Shown here: one piece after another, positions 26,891 through 37,025 of the stretch
Layout of the letters: each line of letters opens with the position of its first letter
Position numbering within the stretch: position 1 is the stretch's first letter
From: an uncultured Planctomycetia bacterium
Lineage (GTDB): Bacteria; Omnitrophota; Gorgyraeia; 1-14-0-20-64-10
Assembly: GCA_964597545.1 (NCBI GenBank)
Contig: CAZQXN010000010.1
Coordinates: forward strand, 140-64,139
Length of the DNA: 64,000 nucleotides
Direction of reading: 5' to 3'
The notes under the pieces: generated by a model
Databases searched by the model: none
Seen by the model: the letters and a program-made list of their open reading frames with translations, nothing else
Told to the model about the DNA's origin: nothing
Made by a program: the position numbers and the translations under genes

Positions 26891-27902
26891 AAAGCGCCTG
26901 ATCCACCGTTTTGATCTCTTTTGTGGAGGCCGAAAGATCAACGGCAACAATGTCGTTGCCCTTGAGGCTGACCATCTTGCCGAATTCGCCGGAGAGTGCG
27001 AGCTCCACCGCTTTGACGCCAAAGCGCGTGCCCAGGACGCGGTCAAAAGCAGTGGGAGAGCCGCCCCGCTGAACGTGCCCGAGCACGGTTACGCGTGTCT
27101 CAAAACCGGTCTTCTCTTCAATCAGCGCTCCGAGGGAGTGGCCAATGCCGCCGAGACGAACGTGGCCAAACTGGTCCAGCTTCTTATCCTTGGTGACCAT
27201 CTCACCTGGTTTAAACTCAGCCCCCTCAGCCACAACCACAATTGAGAAGGTCTTGCCGCGATCATGCCGCTTGCGAATGGCGGCGCAGACCTCCTCCGTA
27301 TCAATCGGGGCCTCGGGCACCAGGATGGCATCTGCGCCGCCGGCAATGCCGGCATGAACCGCAATCCATCCGGCGTGGCGGCCCATCACCTCGCAAACCA
27401 TGATCCGATTGTGACTCTCTGCAGTGGTGTGCAACCGGTCAATCGAGTCCATGGCGATGTTGACAGCGGTGTCAAAACCAAAGGTGTAGTCGGTCTCAGC
27501 CAAGTCGTTATCGATCGTCTTGGGAACGCCAACCACCTGAACCTTCTCCTTGGAGAGCCTGTTCGCAACCCCCAAGGTGTCCTCGCCGCCAATGGCGATC
27601 AGCGCATCCAACCCTAAGACGTTCAAGTTCTTCTTCACTGCCTCCACGTGCTCAGGCTTCTTGTATGGGTTGGTTCGAGAGGTCCCCAGAACCGTCCCGC
27701 CCTTATGCAGGATGCCGGATACAGAAACCAAGTCCAGTGGGGTCGTGCTCTTCTCGATCAACCCCTTCCAGCCTCCCTTGATGCCCAACACCTTAACCCC
27801 TACGCTGTCGGCCTTGCGGACAATCGCCCGAATGACTGAGTTTAAACCCGGGCAATCACCCCCGCCCGTCAACACGCCAATGGTTTGAATCGATTTGGCC
27901 AT
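26862..27902 (-). CDS. pfkA: 6-phosphofructokinase (group III, probably PPi-dependent)
   Basis: TGGGDCPGLN, GGEDT, PKTIDND, EVMGRHAGW, LGHVQRGG. Confidence 0.93.
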   Translation of the reverse strand: MAKSIQTIGVLTGGGDCPGLNSVIRAIVRKADSVGVKVLGIKGGWKGLIEKSTTPLDLVSVSGILHKGGTVLGTSRTNPYKKPEHVEAVKKNLNVLGLDALIAIGGEDTLGVANRLSKEKVQVVGVPKTIDNDLAETDYTFGFDTAVNIAMDSIDRLHTTAESHNRIMVCEVMGRHAGWIAVHAGIAGGADAILVPEAPIDTEEVCAAIRKRHDRGKTFSIVVVAEGAEFKPGEMVTKDKKLDQFGHVRLGGIGHSLGALIEEKTGFETRVTVLGHVQRGGSPTAFDRVLGTRFGVKAVELALSGEFGKMVSLKGNDIVAVDLSASTKEIKTVDQALYDIAKLFFG

Positions 27903-27903
27903 A

Positions 27904-28500
27904 TTAAAACCCCCGAAATGGTCCGGAAACATTCTCGTCTGTACGCTCAGGAAGATGCTCCTTCACATCCCGGTGAACGATCTTTGCCACATGCACGCGA
28001 ACGGCAACCGGCTCCTCAATGCCGGAGAGCATCTCCTGAATTCGGGTCTTAACGACCCCCTGGATCTTCTCGGTCACTTCCGGGATGTGGGCCTCTGACC
28101 AAAGGGTGGCGCGAGCGCGCACCGTGATCTTTCCCTTGCGGGCAACCACATCAGAGCGCAGTTCCTTGACTGCCGGAATTTCTCTTGCCGCCTTGTGGAT
28201 GAAATCCTCGATCGCAGTCAGGGAAACCGTCACCTGCCCGTCCGGGTTGTCAAAGGCGATGGTTTTTTGGCGCTGGGCCTTCGCCAGGGTGAGCTCCGCG
28301 AACATCCAGTTAAGCAAGATCAGCCCCACACCCGTGAGGAACAAGGCAAGCCGGAGATTCTTCTCCTGGTATGCCTCCTCAATCCAGAGGACCGTCCCGT
28401 CCAGGGGGATCCACTGCAAAGAAAAGGCCACCAGCCCCACGCCCATCAGAATGAACAGGACGATGTAACAGGTCATGATAATCCATGTAAACAGCTTCAT
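27904..28500 (-). CDS. alkaline shock response membrane anchor AmaP-like protein
   Basis: Two TM segments, F.NPDG.V.VS..AIED, Asp23-like C-terminus; adjacent to the Asp23 gene. Confidence 0.8.
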   Translation of the reverse strand: MKLFTWIIMTCYIVLFILMGVGLVAFSLQWIPLDGTVLWIEEAYQEKNLRLALFLTGVGLILLNWMFAELTLAKAQRQKTIAFDNPDGQVTVSLTAIEDFIHKAAREIPAVKELRSDVVARKGKITVRARATLWSEAHIPEVTEKIQGVVKTRIQEMLSGIEEPVAVRVHVAKIVHRDVKEHLPERTDENVSGPFRGF

Positions 28501-28505
28501 CCGAG

Positions 28506-28841
28506 TCAGCTCCGTTTCGGTTTGATGTGATGAATGGAAACGTGAACCTCGCCTGCGGAAAGGTGGGTCATCTTCTCTATCATTTCTCGCACGCGATCCT
28601 GCACCTGGGTCGCCACCTCTGGAAGGGCCACCCCATATTCCACCACTAAGTTGAGCCACAGGCGAACATCTTGGTCCTCGGCCTCGACCCGCACACCCGA
28701 ATTCCCCGGCAAGAAGCCCCAGGGAGGACCCCCCCGCCAGATGCCCACCACCCCTTCAACCTCCTGGGCGGCTTGAGCGGCAATCGCTCCAATGACTTCA
28801 TTGTGAATCTGAACAGAACCTAAATCAGTTCTTCGTGCCAT
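28506..28841 (-). CDS. Asp23/Gls24 family envelope stress protein
   Basis: LG.VQI.NEVI..IA..AA.EVEGV...VEYG..PEVA..VQ..V...IE.MT. Confidence 0.92.
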   Translation of the reverse strand: MARRTDLGSVQIHNEVIGAIAAQAAQEVEGVVGIWRGGPPWGFLPGNSGVRVEAEDQDVRLWLNLVVEYGVALPEVATQVQDRVREMIEKMTHLSAGEVHVSIHHIKPKRS

Positions 28842-28842
28842 C

Positions 28843-30216
28843 TTATGCCCCGACCAGTTCTCCGGCCGACTTCGAAGCGCTGGACAGACGCTCAACGAAA
28901 TCGGTAGAGTAGTTGCCTGCTACAAAGTTACGATCCTCCAACACCCTGCGATGAAACGGGACGGTTGTGCGCATGGGCTCAACGGTCATCTCATCGAGAG
29001 CTCTCAACATGGTTCGAATGGCCTCTTGTCGATTCTTGCCGTGCACGATGATCTTCCCCAGCAAAGAATCATAGTGGGGTGGGATGCGATAGCCGGTGAA
29101 CAGGTGCGAGTCTACCCGCACATTGGGCCCTCCAGGCGGATGGTACAGGGAGACCATGCCCGGACAAGGCAGGAAATCCTGATCCGGATCCTCGGCATTG
29201 ACGCGGCACTCAATGGCATGACCGGACCAGCGGATCTCCTCCTGGGAGAATGAGAGCTTCTCCCCTGCCGCCACCCGAATCTGCTCTTTGATGAGATCGC
29301 GGCCCGTCACCATCTCGGTCACCGGATGCTCCACCTGGATGCGGGTATTCATCTCCATGAAGTAAAAGGATCCCTTAGCATCCAAGAGGAACTCCATCGT
29401 CCCCAAGGAGTTGTAGTTGACCGCCTTCGCCCCTTTGATGGCCGCCTCTCCCATGCGTTTGCGGAGTTTCGAATCGACCGCCGGCGAAGGAGATTCCTCA
29501 ATCAGCTTCTGGTGCCGCCGCTGGATGGAGCAGTCCCGCTCCCCGAGGCTGACGATGTGACCGCGAGAATCGGCGGCAATCTGAATCTCAACATGGCGTG
29601 GGCGCTCAACAAACTTCTCAATGTAAACTTCTGAGTTGCCAAAGGCAGCCTCTGCCTCGGCCTGGGCCATCATGAGGGCTGAGATCAACCGCACATCATT
29701 GTGGGCAGTCCGCATCCCCTTGCCCCCGCCCCCGGCGGCCGCCTTGATCATGACCGGATACTGAATCTTCTTGGCAATCTTGAGGGCCTCCTCTTTTCCG
29801 GAGACCGCCGCCAAAGATCCCGGAACCACCGGAACGCCGGCCTTGGTCATGATCTCCTTGGCCTGCCGCTTATCCCCCATGAGCCGGATGGACTCGGGGT
29901 CCGGCCCAATAAAGGTGATCTTGCAGGATTCGCAGATCTCAGCGAAGTGGGCGTTCTCGGCCAAGAAACCATACCCGGGATGAATGGCCTCTACATCGGC
30001 AATCTCCGCCGCGCTGATGATGGCGGGGATATTGAGGTAGCTGGCGGCGCTGGTGGCCCCCCCAATGCAGATGGACTCATCGGCCATGCGCACATGGAGG
30101 GACTCGGCATCCGCTTCGGAATAGACCGCTACCGTTCGGATCCTCATCTCCTTGCAAGCCCGGATGATCCGTGTGGCGATCTCGCCTCGGTTGGCAATCA
30201 GGATTTTTGAGAACAT
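28843..30216 (-). CDS. accC: acetyl-CoA carboxylase biotin carboxylase subunit
   Basis: [49 protein letters not shown]. Confidence 0.98.
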   Translation of the reverse strand: MFSKILIANRGEIATRIIRACKEMRIRTVAVYSEADAESLHVRMADESICIGGATSAASYLNIPAIISAAEIADVEAIHPGYGFLAENAHFAEICESCKITFIGPDPESIRLMGDKRQAKEIMTKAGVPVVPGSLAAVSGKEEALKIAKKIQYPVMIKAAAGGGGKGMRTAHNDVRLISALMMAQAEAEAAFGNSEVYIEKFVERPRHVEIQIAADSRGHIVSLGERDCSIQRRHQKLIEESPSPAVDSKLRKRMGEAAIKGAKAVNYNSLGTMEFLLDAKGSFYFMEMNTRIQVEHPVTEMVTGRDLIKEQIRVAAGEKLSFSQEEIRWSGHAIECRVNAEDPDQDFLPCPGMVSLYHPPGGPNVRVDSHLFTGYRIPPHYDSLLGKIIVHGKNRQEAIRTMLRALDEMTVEPMRTTVPFHRRVLEDRNFVAGNYSTDFVERLSSASKSAGELVGA

Positions 30217-30228
30217 ATTCAGGTGTCC

Positions 30229-30324
30229 GTCATTCCCCTGGAAGGGGGAATCAAACGCTGTCCTCGACTTGATCGAGGATCCTCGCCCCTCGGTCGAGGC
30301 CGAGGGCAAGCTTCGCGAGGAGAC
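30229..30324. repeat. REP-like multi-hairpin element (GTCATTCCC family) between accB and accC
   Basis: GTCATTCCCC-TGGAAG-GGGGAATC, TCCTCGA-CTTGA-TCGAGGA, nested CCCTCGG/CCGAGGG; ends in GAC. Confidence 0.65.
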
Positions 30325-30333
30325 TTAAGGAAT

Positions 30334-30777
30334 TCACGTTGTTTCTACAACGAAGAGGGTCTGACCAAACTCGACCGGCTGAGCATTCTCAACCGAGATC
30401 TTAATCAGCTTGCCCCTGACCTCGGATTTGATCTCGTTCATCAGCTTCATCGCCTCAACGATACATAGGACCTGCCCCACCTCGATGGTCTGACCCGCCT
30501 CTACAAAAGGCGGTGCCTCAGGGGCGGGCGCTCGGTAGAAGGTCCCCACCATGGGAGATTTGATCTCTGTGCCTGCCGGCACCTCGGGTGCGGCGGGAGC
30601 GGCATCGGCAGCAGGTGCCCCAGCGGAGGGAGCAGGAACCCGCTCCACCACAACGCCGGCAGGACCCGAGCCCTCCTTGCGAAGGCGGATCTTCATCCCT
30701 TCGCGCTCCAGCTCGATCTCACCCAACCCATGTTCGTCCATGAGTGCGATCAGTTCTTTCACTTCTTTTAGATTCAC
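30334..30777 (-). CDS. accB: biotin carboxyl carrier protein
   Basis: SPMVGTFY, EAMKLMNEI. Confidence 0.98.
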   Translation of the reverse strand: MNLKEVKELIALMDEHGLGEIELEREGMKIRLRKEGSGPAGVVVERVPAPSAGAPAADAAPAAPEVPAGTEIKSPMVGTFYRAPAPEAPPFVEAGQTIEVGQVLCIVEAMKLMNEIKSEVRGKLIKISVENAQPVEFGQTLFVVETT

Positions 30778-30796
30778 TTGAGACCTCGTTTGACTG

Positions 30797-31357
30797 TTAA
30801 GCCCGGCCGACGTACTCGCCGGTTCGAGTATCCACCTTGACCTGCCCGCCGGATTCGACGAACAGCGGTACTTGAATTCTATATCCGGTCTCCAGGGTCG
30901 CCGGCTTCATTGCCGCCTTGGAGGTATCCCCCCTCAACCCCGGGTCCGACTGGGTTACCTTAAGGATCACGGTGGTCGGCAATTCCAAGCCCACCAGTCG
31001 TCCCTCGTAAAACTCGCCCTTGACCTCCAAACTCTCGGTGAGGTAATGAACAGCATCTCCCAGCTCATCGGCAGTCAGAGCCAACTGGTCGTAGCTGTTG
31101 ACATCCATAAAGTGAAAGGTGTCGCCGCCCTGGTAGAGATACTGGATCTTGCGCTTCTCAATAAAGGCTTCTTGGAACTTCTCCCCGGCATCAAAGGTGC
31201 GGCTGACCACGTTGCCGGTCTTGATGTTCCTGAGCTTCGTGCGCACGAAAGCCGCGCCCTTGCCCGGCTTAACATGCTGATACTCTACGATGAGCTGCAG
31301 CACGCCATCCAAAAGGATGGCCATGCCGGTTTTAAATTGGTTGGTGGAGATGGTCAT
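30797..31357 (-). CDS. efp: elongation factor P
   Basis: HVKPGKGAAFVR, GDT, KPATLETG, VDTRTGEY. Confidence 0.98.
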   Translation of the reverse strand: MTISTNQFKTGMAILLDGVLQLIVEYQHVKPGKGAAFVRTKLRNIKTGNVVSRTFDAGEKFQEAFIEKRKIQYLYQGGDTFHFMDVNSYDQLALTADELGDAVHYLTESLEVKGEFYEGRLVGLELPTTVILKVTQSDPGLRGDTSKAAMKPATLETGYRIQVPLFVESGGQVKVDTRTGEYVGRA

Positions 31358-31372
31358 TGAACCCCGCGTATT

Positions 31373-31825
31373 CTAGCGTCTGGCCCTTCTCGCCGTCAAC
31401 AGACCTGCCAATGCCCTCAGCCCCAGGCTATAGCTCTCGGCCCCGAAACCGCTGACCTGGCCGTCAACCACCGGTGCCATCAGCGAGGTGTGGCGAAAGG
31501 ATTCTCTCCGGTAAATGTTGCTCAGATGCACCTCTACCGATGGCAGGCGCACCGCTTCGAGCGCATCGCGAATCGCCACCGAGGTATGCGTATAGGCAGC
31601 CGGATTGATCAGGATGCCGTGATATTTACCGCGCGCATCACCGATTGATTCTACGATCTCCCCCTCGTGGTTAAACTGATGAATCTCAAGTGAGACTTTA
31701 AGCTTCTCGCCCAAGGTCTTCAACCGCTCATTGATGGTCGCGAGCGCAACCTTCCCGTAAACAGAAGGGTTACGCTCTCCTAAGAGCTGCAGGTTGGGGC
31801 CGTGGATCACCAACACACGTTTCAT
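31373..31825 (-). CDS. aroQ: type II 3-dehydroquinate dehydratase
   Basis: HGPNL.LLG.R...[24 protein letters not shown]. Confidence 0.97.
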   Translation of the reverse strand: MKRVLVIHGPNLQLLGERNPSVYGKVALATINERLKTLGEKLKVSLEIHQFNHEGEIVESIGDARGKYHGILINPAAYTHTSVAIRDALEAVRLPSVEVHLSNIYRRESFRHTSLMAPVVDGQVSGFGAESYSLGLRALAGLLTARRARR

Positions 31826-31986
31826 GGTTTCTCTGCCTCTTCCACCAACATCACCGGAATGTCGTCCCGAATGGGAAAGCGCAAACCGCATTCGGGGTTG
31901 GTGCAGATCACCCGTTCCTCTTTCAATGTGACTGAGGCTTTACAGGCCGGACAGGCCAACACCTCAAGCAGGGCTTCATCGATCAT
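31822..31986 (-). CDS. Trm112-family small protein (not in ORF track)
   Basis: Manual translation: [54 protein letters not shown]. Confidence 0.93.
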   Translation of the reverse strand: MIDEALLEVLACPACKASVTLKEERVICTNPECGLRFPIRDDIPVMLVEEAEKP

Positions 31987-31989
31987 GGC

Positions 31990-33057
31990 TCACTCCGCCT
32001 CCTTGACGGCTTTGGCGTCTTCCTGGAGAAGCTTTTCCGCCGGAAGGCCCGACGGAGGTGCTTCGATTGCCACCAGGCGATCCTGGAACCTCTCCAGATG
32101 ACGCTCTGCCTTTCCAAAATTATCGGCTGCGTAACGCAGCTGCTTACCTGCCTTGTCAAAATCCTCCCGCACGCCGGAAAGCTCCTGCTGCAGGCGGATA
32201 AGTCCCGAAAGAATATCCTTGGCGCGCTCGGCTACCGTCAGCCCCCGCAGGCCCAGCAGGATCACTTGGAGATAGGCATAGAAGCTGTTGGGGGAGACCG
32301 GGATCACCTGGCGTTTGACCGCGTGCTGGAAAACCCCCTTCTCATCACTGACCCCATCCCCTTTAATGACCGCTTCATAGTAGACGTTTTCGGCCGGAAT
32401 GTACATAAGTGCGAAATCAAATGTCCCCTCGGAGGGACGAATATATTTCTGGGCAATGGCATCGATGTGTTGCTTCACATCGGCCAGCAACCCTTTGCGC
32501 CACTGCGCCTGCTCTGCTTCGGTGGCGGCCTCCCCCATGCGACGAAACTGCTCAAGGGGGAATTTGGCATCGATGGGAACGATCCTCTCCTGCAGGCGAA
32601 TGATGGCGTCCACCCGTTCCCCGCCGGAGAATTCATACTGAAGGGCATAGAAATCACTGGGCAGAATCTGCGCCAAGAGATCCGCCAAGAAGAACTCCCC
32701 AAAACCTCCCCGCATCTTGGGGGCTCTGAGCAGCTCTTGGAGCGAGGAGACGTTGCGCCCCACCGATTCTACCTGATCGGTCGCCTCCTTGAGGGAGCCC
32801 AACTGCTCTTTGATGTCCGCAAAGGTTCGCTGGGTTTCTTCCAGCTTCTGGCTGACCGACTGGTCGGTGGTCTGTACCTGCATCTGGATCTGTCTCCAAA
32901 CCTTCTCCAGTTCTTCGGCCAGCCGCTTAGACCACTCCTCTTTGAGGACGCCCAGCTTGGCATCGGTCTGCTGTTGCGAGCCCTGCTGCCTGAGCAAAAA
33001 GAGCACCGCCACAAAGAGCATCAGCGCGAGCGCCCCGAAGAGAAGGGCCCAGCTCAT
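31990..33057 (-). CDS. rmuC: DNA recombination protein RmuC
   Basis: TM segment, coiled coil, PK.RG..GE, PIDAKFP, KYI, TFDFALMYIP.E, VSP. Confidence 0.95.
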   Translation of the reverse strand: MSWALLFGALALMLFVAVLFLLRQQGSQQQTDAKLGVLKEEWSKRLAEELEKVWRQIQMQVQTTDQSVSQKLEETQRTFADIKEQLGSLKEATDQVESVGRNVSSLQELLRAPKMRGGFGEFFLADLLAQILPSDFYALQYEFSGGERVDAIIRLQERIVPIDAKFPLEQFRRMGEAATEAEQAQWRKGLLADVKQHIDAIAQKYIRPSEGTFDFALMYIPAENVYYEAVIKGDGVSDEKGVFQHAVKRQVIPVSPNSFYAYLQVILLGLRGLTVAERAKDILSGLIRLQQELSGVREDFDKAGKQLRYAADNFGKAERHLERFQDRLVAIEAPPSGLPAEKLLQEDAKAVKEAE

Positions 33058-33425
33058 TGAGACGCCTCTTTTGTCTTGGCAACGTATTTCATGCGCAGCT
33101 CATAGAGCAGTCCTTCCAATGCTTGGGCCTCCTCGCCTGTGAGGTTCCCCTTGGTCTTTTCCTGCAGCAGTCCCAAAAGATCTATCAGGTAGCGGGCCTG
33201 ATCCAAATTGGCCTCAGGCTGATTTGTGGCGGGATTGGGTATCTCTCCCAACGCCACCAAGGCCTGCATGGAGAGGGTGGAGAGAAAGAATCCGAAATCA
33301 ACCTGCGGCATTTCTTGGCGCACAGATTCGGGTTGGGGTGAAGCAGGCTCCGTCGGCGGCTTCGGTCCACCGCCGCGCTCCTTGGCCACCTCATCCTTCC
33401 AGCTCTCATCTACTCTTTTGTCCAT
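33054..33425 (-). CDS. DUF1844-domain protein
   Basis: QALVALG..PNP....L.QA.Y.ID.L..L.EKTKGNL..EE...L...LYELRM.YV. Confidence 0.9.
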   Translation of the reverse strand: MDKRVDESWKDEVAKERGGGPKPPTEPASPQPESVRQEMPQVDFGFFLSTLSMQALVALGEIPNPATNQPEANLDQARYLIDLLGLLQEKTKGNLTGEEAQALEGLLYELRMKYVAKTKEASQ

Positions 33426-33436
33426 CTTAACCCCTC

Positions 33437-33548
33437 AATCCTTGGTACCAATCCTTGGTACCGGGTACACTTGTCAACAAATCCTTGGTACCGGGTACAC
33501 TTGTTGACAAGTGTACCCGGTACCATTGTACCCTTGTACCCGGTACCA
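33437..33548. repeat. cluster of GGTACCGGGTAC palindromic repeats
   Basis: Tandem 30-bp units AATCCTTGGTACCGGGTACACTTGT..ACA and a 40-bp palindrome at 33486-33525. Confidence 0.88.
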
Positions 33549-33551
33549 ACG

Positions 33552-34406
33552 CTATTTGATCACAATCCCGGCATAGCCAACCACTGCCCCTGCCTCGCCA
33601 GTTGCCTCGGCGCTCGTCCGATAAGCCGTCAGGTGCCCCTGAGAGGCTCCCAGATGACGTGCAGCGCTTAAGCCCACCGCAGCAGCCACTGTGCCACACA
33701 TGGAGGCCTTTGTTTCGGAGGCTGCCTCCAGCAGCCCCGGTCCATCCAGGGCAAGGAGGTGCTCCATCAGGCGTTCATCCTGGGCGCGTACCCGCTCATC
33801 AGGTTCATAGCGAGACAGATCAGTGGAGATCAACACCATCGCATCCCCGCCTGCGGCTTGAATCGCTTGAGCAATGGCAAGCCCCATGCGCTGCGCCTGC
33901 GCCGAATCGGCCTCACCCAACGCCAAGGGCACAATCCGTATTCCCTTCTGGACGCGCTGGAGAAAGGGGAGCAGCACCTCTACCGCGTGCTCCTCTGTGT
34001 GCGCCTGGGCATCTGACGAAAATTCCGGCGAAGCCCCCAGGATCGCCTGGGCCAGCTCTTGATCGATAAAAACGTTCCCTAGGGGGGTTGCCCAGTCACC
34101 CTTCGCTGCAACGCTGAAGCGCTCGCCAGGACCAGAATGGTTGGGTCCCAAGATCACTGCCCGTGAAGGCCACCGGATTTGGCTGAACACCCGGCCTAGA
34201 ATCTCGCCGGAAACAGTGTCTCCCCCGTGCGGGACCACGGCCGCGACGGCCTGCTCCGCCTTGTCATTGCGCTTGATGAATTGATCGACCCAATCGATCA
34301 GGGGCCGATTCTCTGCCGGATAAAAGATCCCGGCCACTGCAGGTTCCCGCAGCTTACTGCGTTGAGCGGGCTTCTTACTTGCGCGACCTTCCCTAGCGCT
34401 CGGCAG
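33552..34406 (-). CDS. amrB: AmmeMemoRadiSam protein B (MEMO1 family); proposed CTG start at 34406, first GTG at 34337
   Basis: R.PAVAG.FYP, PH, GPNH, W.TPLG, EHAVEV.LPFLQ, MCG, VGYA. Confidence 0.9.
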   Translation of the reverse strand: MPSAREGRASKKPAQRSKLREPAVAGIFYPAENRPLIDWVDQFIKRNDKAEQAVAAVVPHGGDTVSGEILGRVFSQIRWPSRAVILGPNHSGPGERFSVAAKGDWATPLGNVFIDQELAQAILGASPEFSSDAQAHTEEHAVEVLLPFLQRVQKGIRIVPLALGEADSAQAQRMGLAIAQAIQAAGGDAMVLISTDLSRYEPDERVRAQDERLMEHLLALDGPGLLEAASETKASMCGTVAAAVGLSAARHLGASQGHLTAYRTSAEATGEAGAVVGYAGIVIK

Positions 34407-36936
34407 CGGCTGCAGCCTCCTCTTTGGCCAGACCGATCACAATGGCACAGCGCTTGGGGTCCAAAATCTCTTGGGCAAGCTTTTGAATGTCGGCAGCGTC
34501 AACTTGGGCCAGCCGCGCTTCATACCGCTTCTCGTAATCAAACCCCAAGCCATAAAGCTCATCGAGGCTCAGCTGTGAGGCAACCGCTCCTTGGGACTGC
34601 CGGCCGATCCGCCGAGCGCCCAAGAGTCCCTCCTTAGCAATCTCCAACTCCTCTTTTGGAACCGGAGTGGTACCCAGGGTGCGCATTTCGTCTAAAAGGG
34701 CCGTCTGAACAGACTCTAGATGGGCTGGATCCACCACAGCATACAAAATAAAAGAACCGGGATCGACGCCGTGGATCAAAATCGTCCCCACCGTATAGGC
34801 CAGTCCACGCTTCTCCCTGACCTCGGTAAAGAGCCGCCCTGCAGCACCGGAGAGGACGGTGTCAATCAAGTCCATCGCCGGTGCCTGGTCATCCCCCACA
34901 CGAAGCCCGTGAAATCCAACCATCACCAGCCCCTCTGCCCGGGGGGTAATCTCCTGGCGCTGCCGCCGGTGCTCCAGTGCCAACTCTTCAGGCAAATCCA
35001 ACACCTTCTTGCTCCGGGGCGGTATGACACCCAGCGCACCCTCTAAAAGCTCCATGACCTCGTCTGCTTCAAAATCCCCAACCACAGTCACCACGATGGA
35101 GCTGGGATTGAGTACCGCCTGATGAAACTGCATCAGATGCACCGGCTGCAGCCCCACCAAGGCATCGGCATTGCCTGACGGATCCAGGCGGTAAGGATGC
35201 GCTGTAAAGAGCAGCTCCTGCACCCGACGGATCCCCCAGGAGAAAGGATTCTCTTCTTTGGCCTTTAATGCCGCAAGGCTCAGGCACCGCTCCTTTTCCA
35301 ACTCCTCCTTAGGAAAGGTGGACTCTCTCAACAGCTCCCCAAGAAGCTCAAGGGCCTCAGGCATCGCCTCCTGCATGACCTCAAGGCTTACGCCTAAGGT
35401 GTTTCGCCCAGAGAAGGGATAGACCCCTGCCCCCATCTGTTTGACAGCCTGGGTAATCTCCTCTGCGGTCCTGTTCCGGGTTCCCCGAAGGAGCATCCGA
35501 GCTGTGAGGGCTGAGATTCCGTTGGTCTGGTCGGTCTCGTATCGAATGCCCCCCAGCATGGCAACGTTAACGGTGACCAAGGGCAAACGATGCTCAGGGC
35601 GCAGGAGCACCCGAATCCCATTGGAAAGCTGGCGCTTTTCTGCCTCATGCTCAACTGTCTTCTGGTTGTTTTGCGCCGAGAGGGGCTTCGAGGTCCCCTT
35701 GGGATAAAACTTCACTGTTGTGGCGCGTTCAGGTTTCAAATAGCGCTTCGCCATCTCACGCAAATCCTTGAGGCTCACCCCCTCAACACCCTTGAGATAC
35801 CGGGTAGCAAAGGTGGGGTCTCCAACGAGAGCTTCATACAGGGCCAAATCCCCTGCCTGCCCGCTTACGGTTTGCCGGTCCGCAAGGTACTCACGGAGCA
35901 GCACCCGCTTGGCGGCCCGAACCTCATCCCGATCAAACAGCTGGATCTGGGCCTTGGCCAGCTCCCCAAAAGCAGCATCAACCGCCTCAGGGATGCGTTC
36001 GGGATCCATCCGCATGGTAATGATGAATTGCCCTGGATCTTTGGGGGTGTAATTCCAGGTGCTCACTGAATGCACAATGCCGGTCTCTTTAAGGGCTTGA
36101 TCCAACGTAGAGCCTCTGCCTGCTCCCAACACCCAAGCCAGCAGATCTAAAGCATACAGATCCGGATGATCTACCGCCACTCCTGGAAAACCGATCGTCA
36201 CCACCCCCAACTGCGCCTCAACTTCACGGGTAACCTCACGCGCTGAAACCGGAAGGGGCTCTGTGGGCAACGCAGCCGCAACCGCACGACCCCGAGGAAT
36301 ATCAGCGGTCAAATCCGTAAAACGCTTGATCACCGCCTCAGTCTCAATGTCCCCCGCCACAGCAATCACCATGGCATTGGGCTGGTACCGGCTTCTGTGA
36401 TACACCTTGACGTCCTCGGCAGTCAGCCCCTGCATGAGTGCTACATGCCCGATGATCGGATATCGGTACGGGTGCAGTCGGTACGACTCAGCAAATAGGG
36501 TCTCAAAGGCCTTGCGCATCGGATCATCCTCACGCAGCTTGAGCTCACGCAGGACCACATCCCGCTCCTTGGCAAATTCCTTAGGATCGATGCTTGAGAA
36601 AAAGAGGGCGTCTATCCAAAGATCAGCCGCCTCAAACCAATGTTCTTGGTTGACGATAGCATTGTAGGAGGTGGTGTCAAAGGTGGTGCTTCCATGGGTC
36701 GAGCCTCCGTAGGAGCGGAATTTGCGCTCCATCACCCCCGGAGGATGGCGCTCGGAGCCCTTGAAGAGCATGTGCTCGAGCACGTGGGAGACGCCGGTGC
36801 CGAGGTATTCTCTTTCGGTGGCAGAACCGGTTTTGACCACCGCATGGAAAGCAACCAGAGGATGGGCGTGGTCCTCCTGAACCAGGAGGGTAAGCCCGTT
36901 GGGCAGAACCTGACGGGTAATCTCTGGGGGTGTCAC
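34393..36936 (-). CDS. M16 (pitrilysin/insulinase) zinc protease, two-module; frame stays open upstream through a lipoprotein signal
   Basis: LPNGL, HVLEH (HxxEH), HPY..P.IG, second inactive half starting LSNGI. Confidence 0.95.
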   Translation of the reverse strand: MTPPEITRQVLPNGLTLLVQEDHAHPLVAFHAVVKTGSATEREYLGTGVSHVLEHMLFKGSERHPPGVMERKFRSYGGSTHGSTTFDTTSYNAIVNQEHWFEAADLWIDALFFSSIDPKEFAKERDVVLRELKLREDDPMRKAFETLFAESYRLHPYRYPIIGHVALMQGLTAEDVKVYHRSRYQPNAMVIAVAGDIETEAVIKRFTDLTADIPRGRAVAAALPTEPLPVSAREVTREVEAQLGVVTIGFPGVAVDHPDLYALDLLAWVLGAGRGSTLDQALKETGIVHSVSTWNYTPKDPGQFIITMRMDPERIPEAVDAAFGELAKAQIQLFDRDEVRAAKRVLLREYLADRQTVSGQAGDLALYEALVGDPTFATRYLKGVEGVSLKDLREMAKRYLKPERATTVKFYPKGTSKPLSAQNNQKTVEHEAEKRQLSNGIRVLLRPEHRLPLVTVNVAMLGGIRYETDQTNGISALTARMLLRGTRNRTAEEITQAVKQMGAGVYPFSGRNTLGVSLEVMQEAMPEALELLGELLRESTFPKEELEKERCLSLAALKAKEENPFSWGIRRVQELLFTAHPYRLDPSGNADALVGLQPVHLMQFHQAVLNPSSIVVTVVGDFEADEVMELLEGALGVIPPRSKKVLDLPEELALEHRRQRQEITPRAEGLVMVGFHGLRVGDDQAPAMDLIDTVLSGAAGRLFTEVREKRGLAYTVGTILIHGVDPGSFILYAVVDPAHLESVQTALLDEMRTLGTTPVPKEELEIAKEGLLGARRIGRQSQGAVASQLSLDELYGLGFDYEKRYEARLAQVDAADIQKLAQEILDPKRCAIVIGLAKEEAAAAAER

Positions 36937-37025
36937 CCGATCCAGCGGCCGCCCCCCGAGATGGGGAGCTGCCCCAGAAATCGCCAGACTACTGCAACCG
37001 GTGAGTAAAAGGAAAAGTAGTGGGA

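Noticed and set aside
33437-33548. CRISPR array
   Set aside because: No unique spacers, only two full units, inverted copies, and no cas genes.
34393-36936. M16 protease as the dedicated GLEE-processing enzyme
   Set aside because: The only support is proximity (about 4.4 kb); it lies in a separate rpsU operon and the family is widespread.
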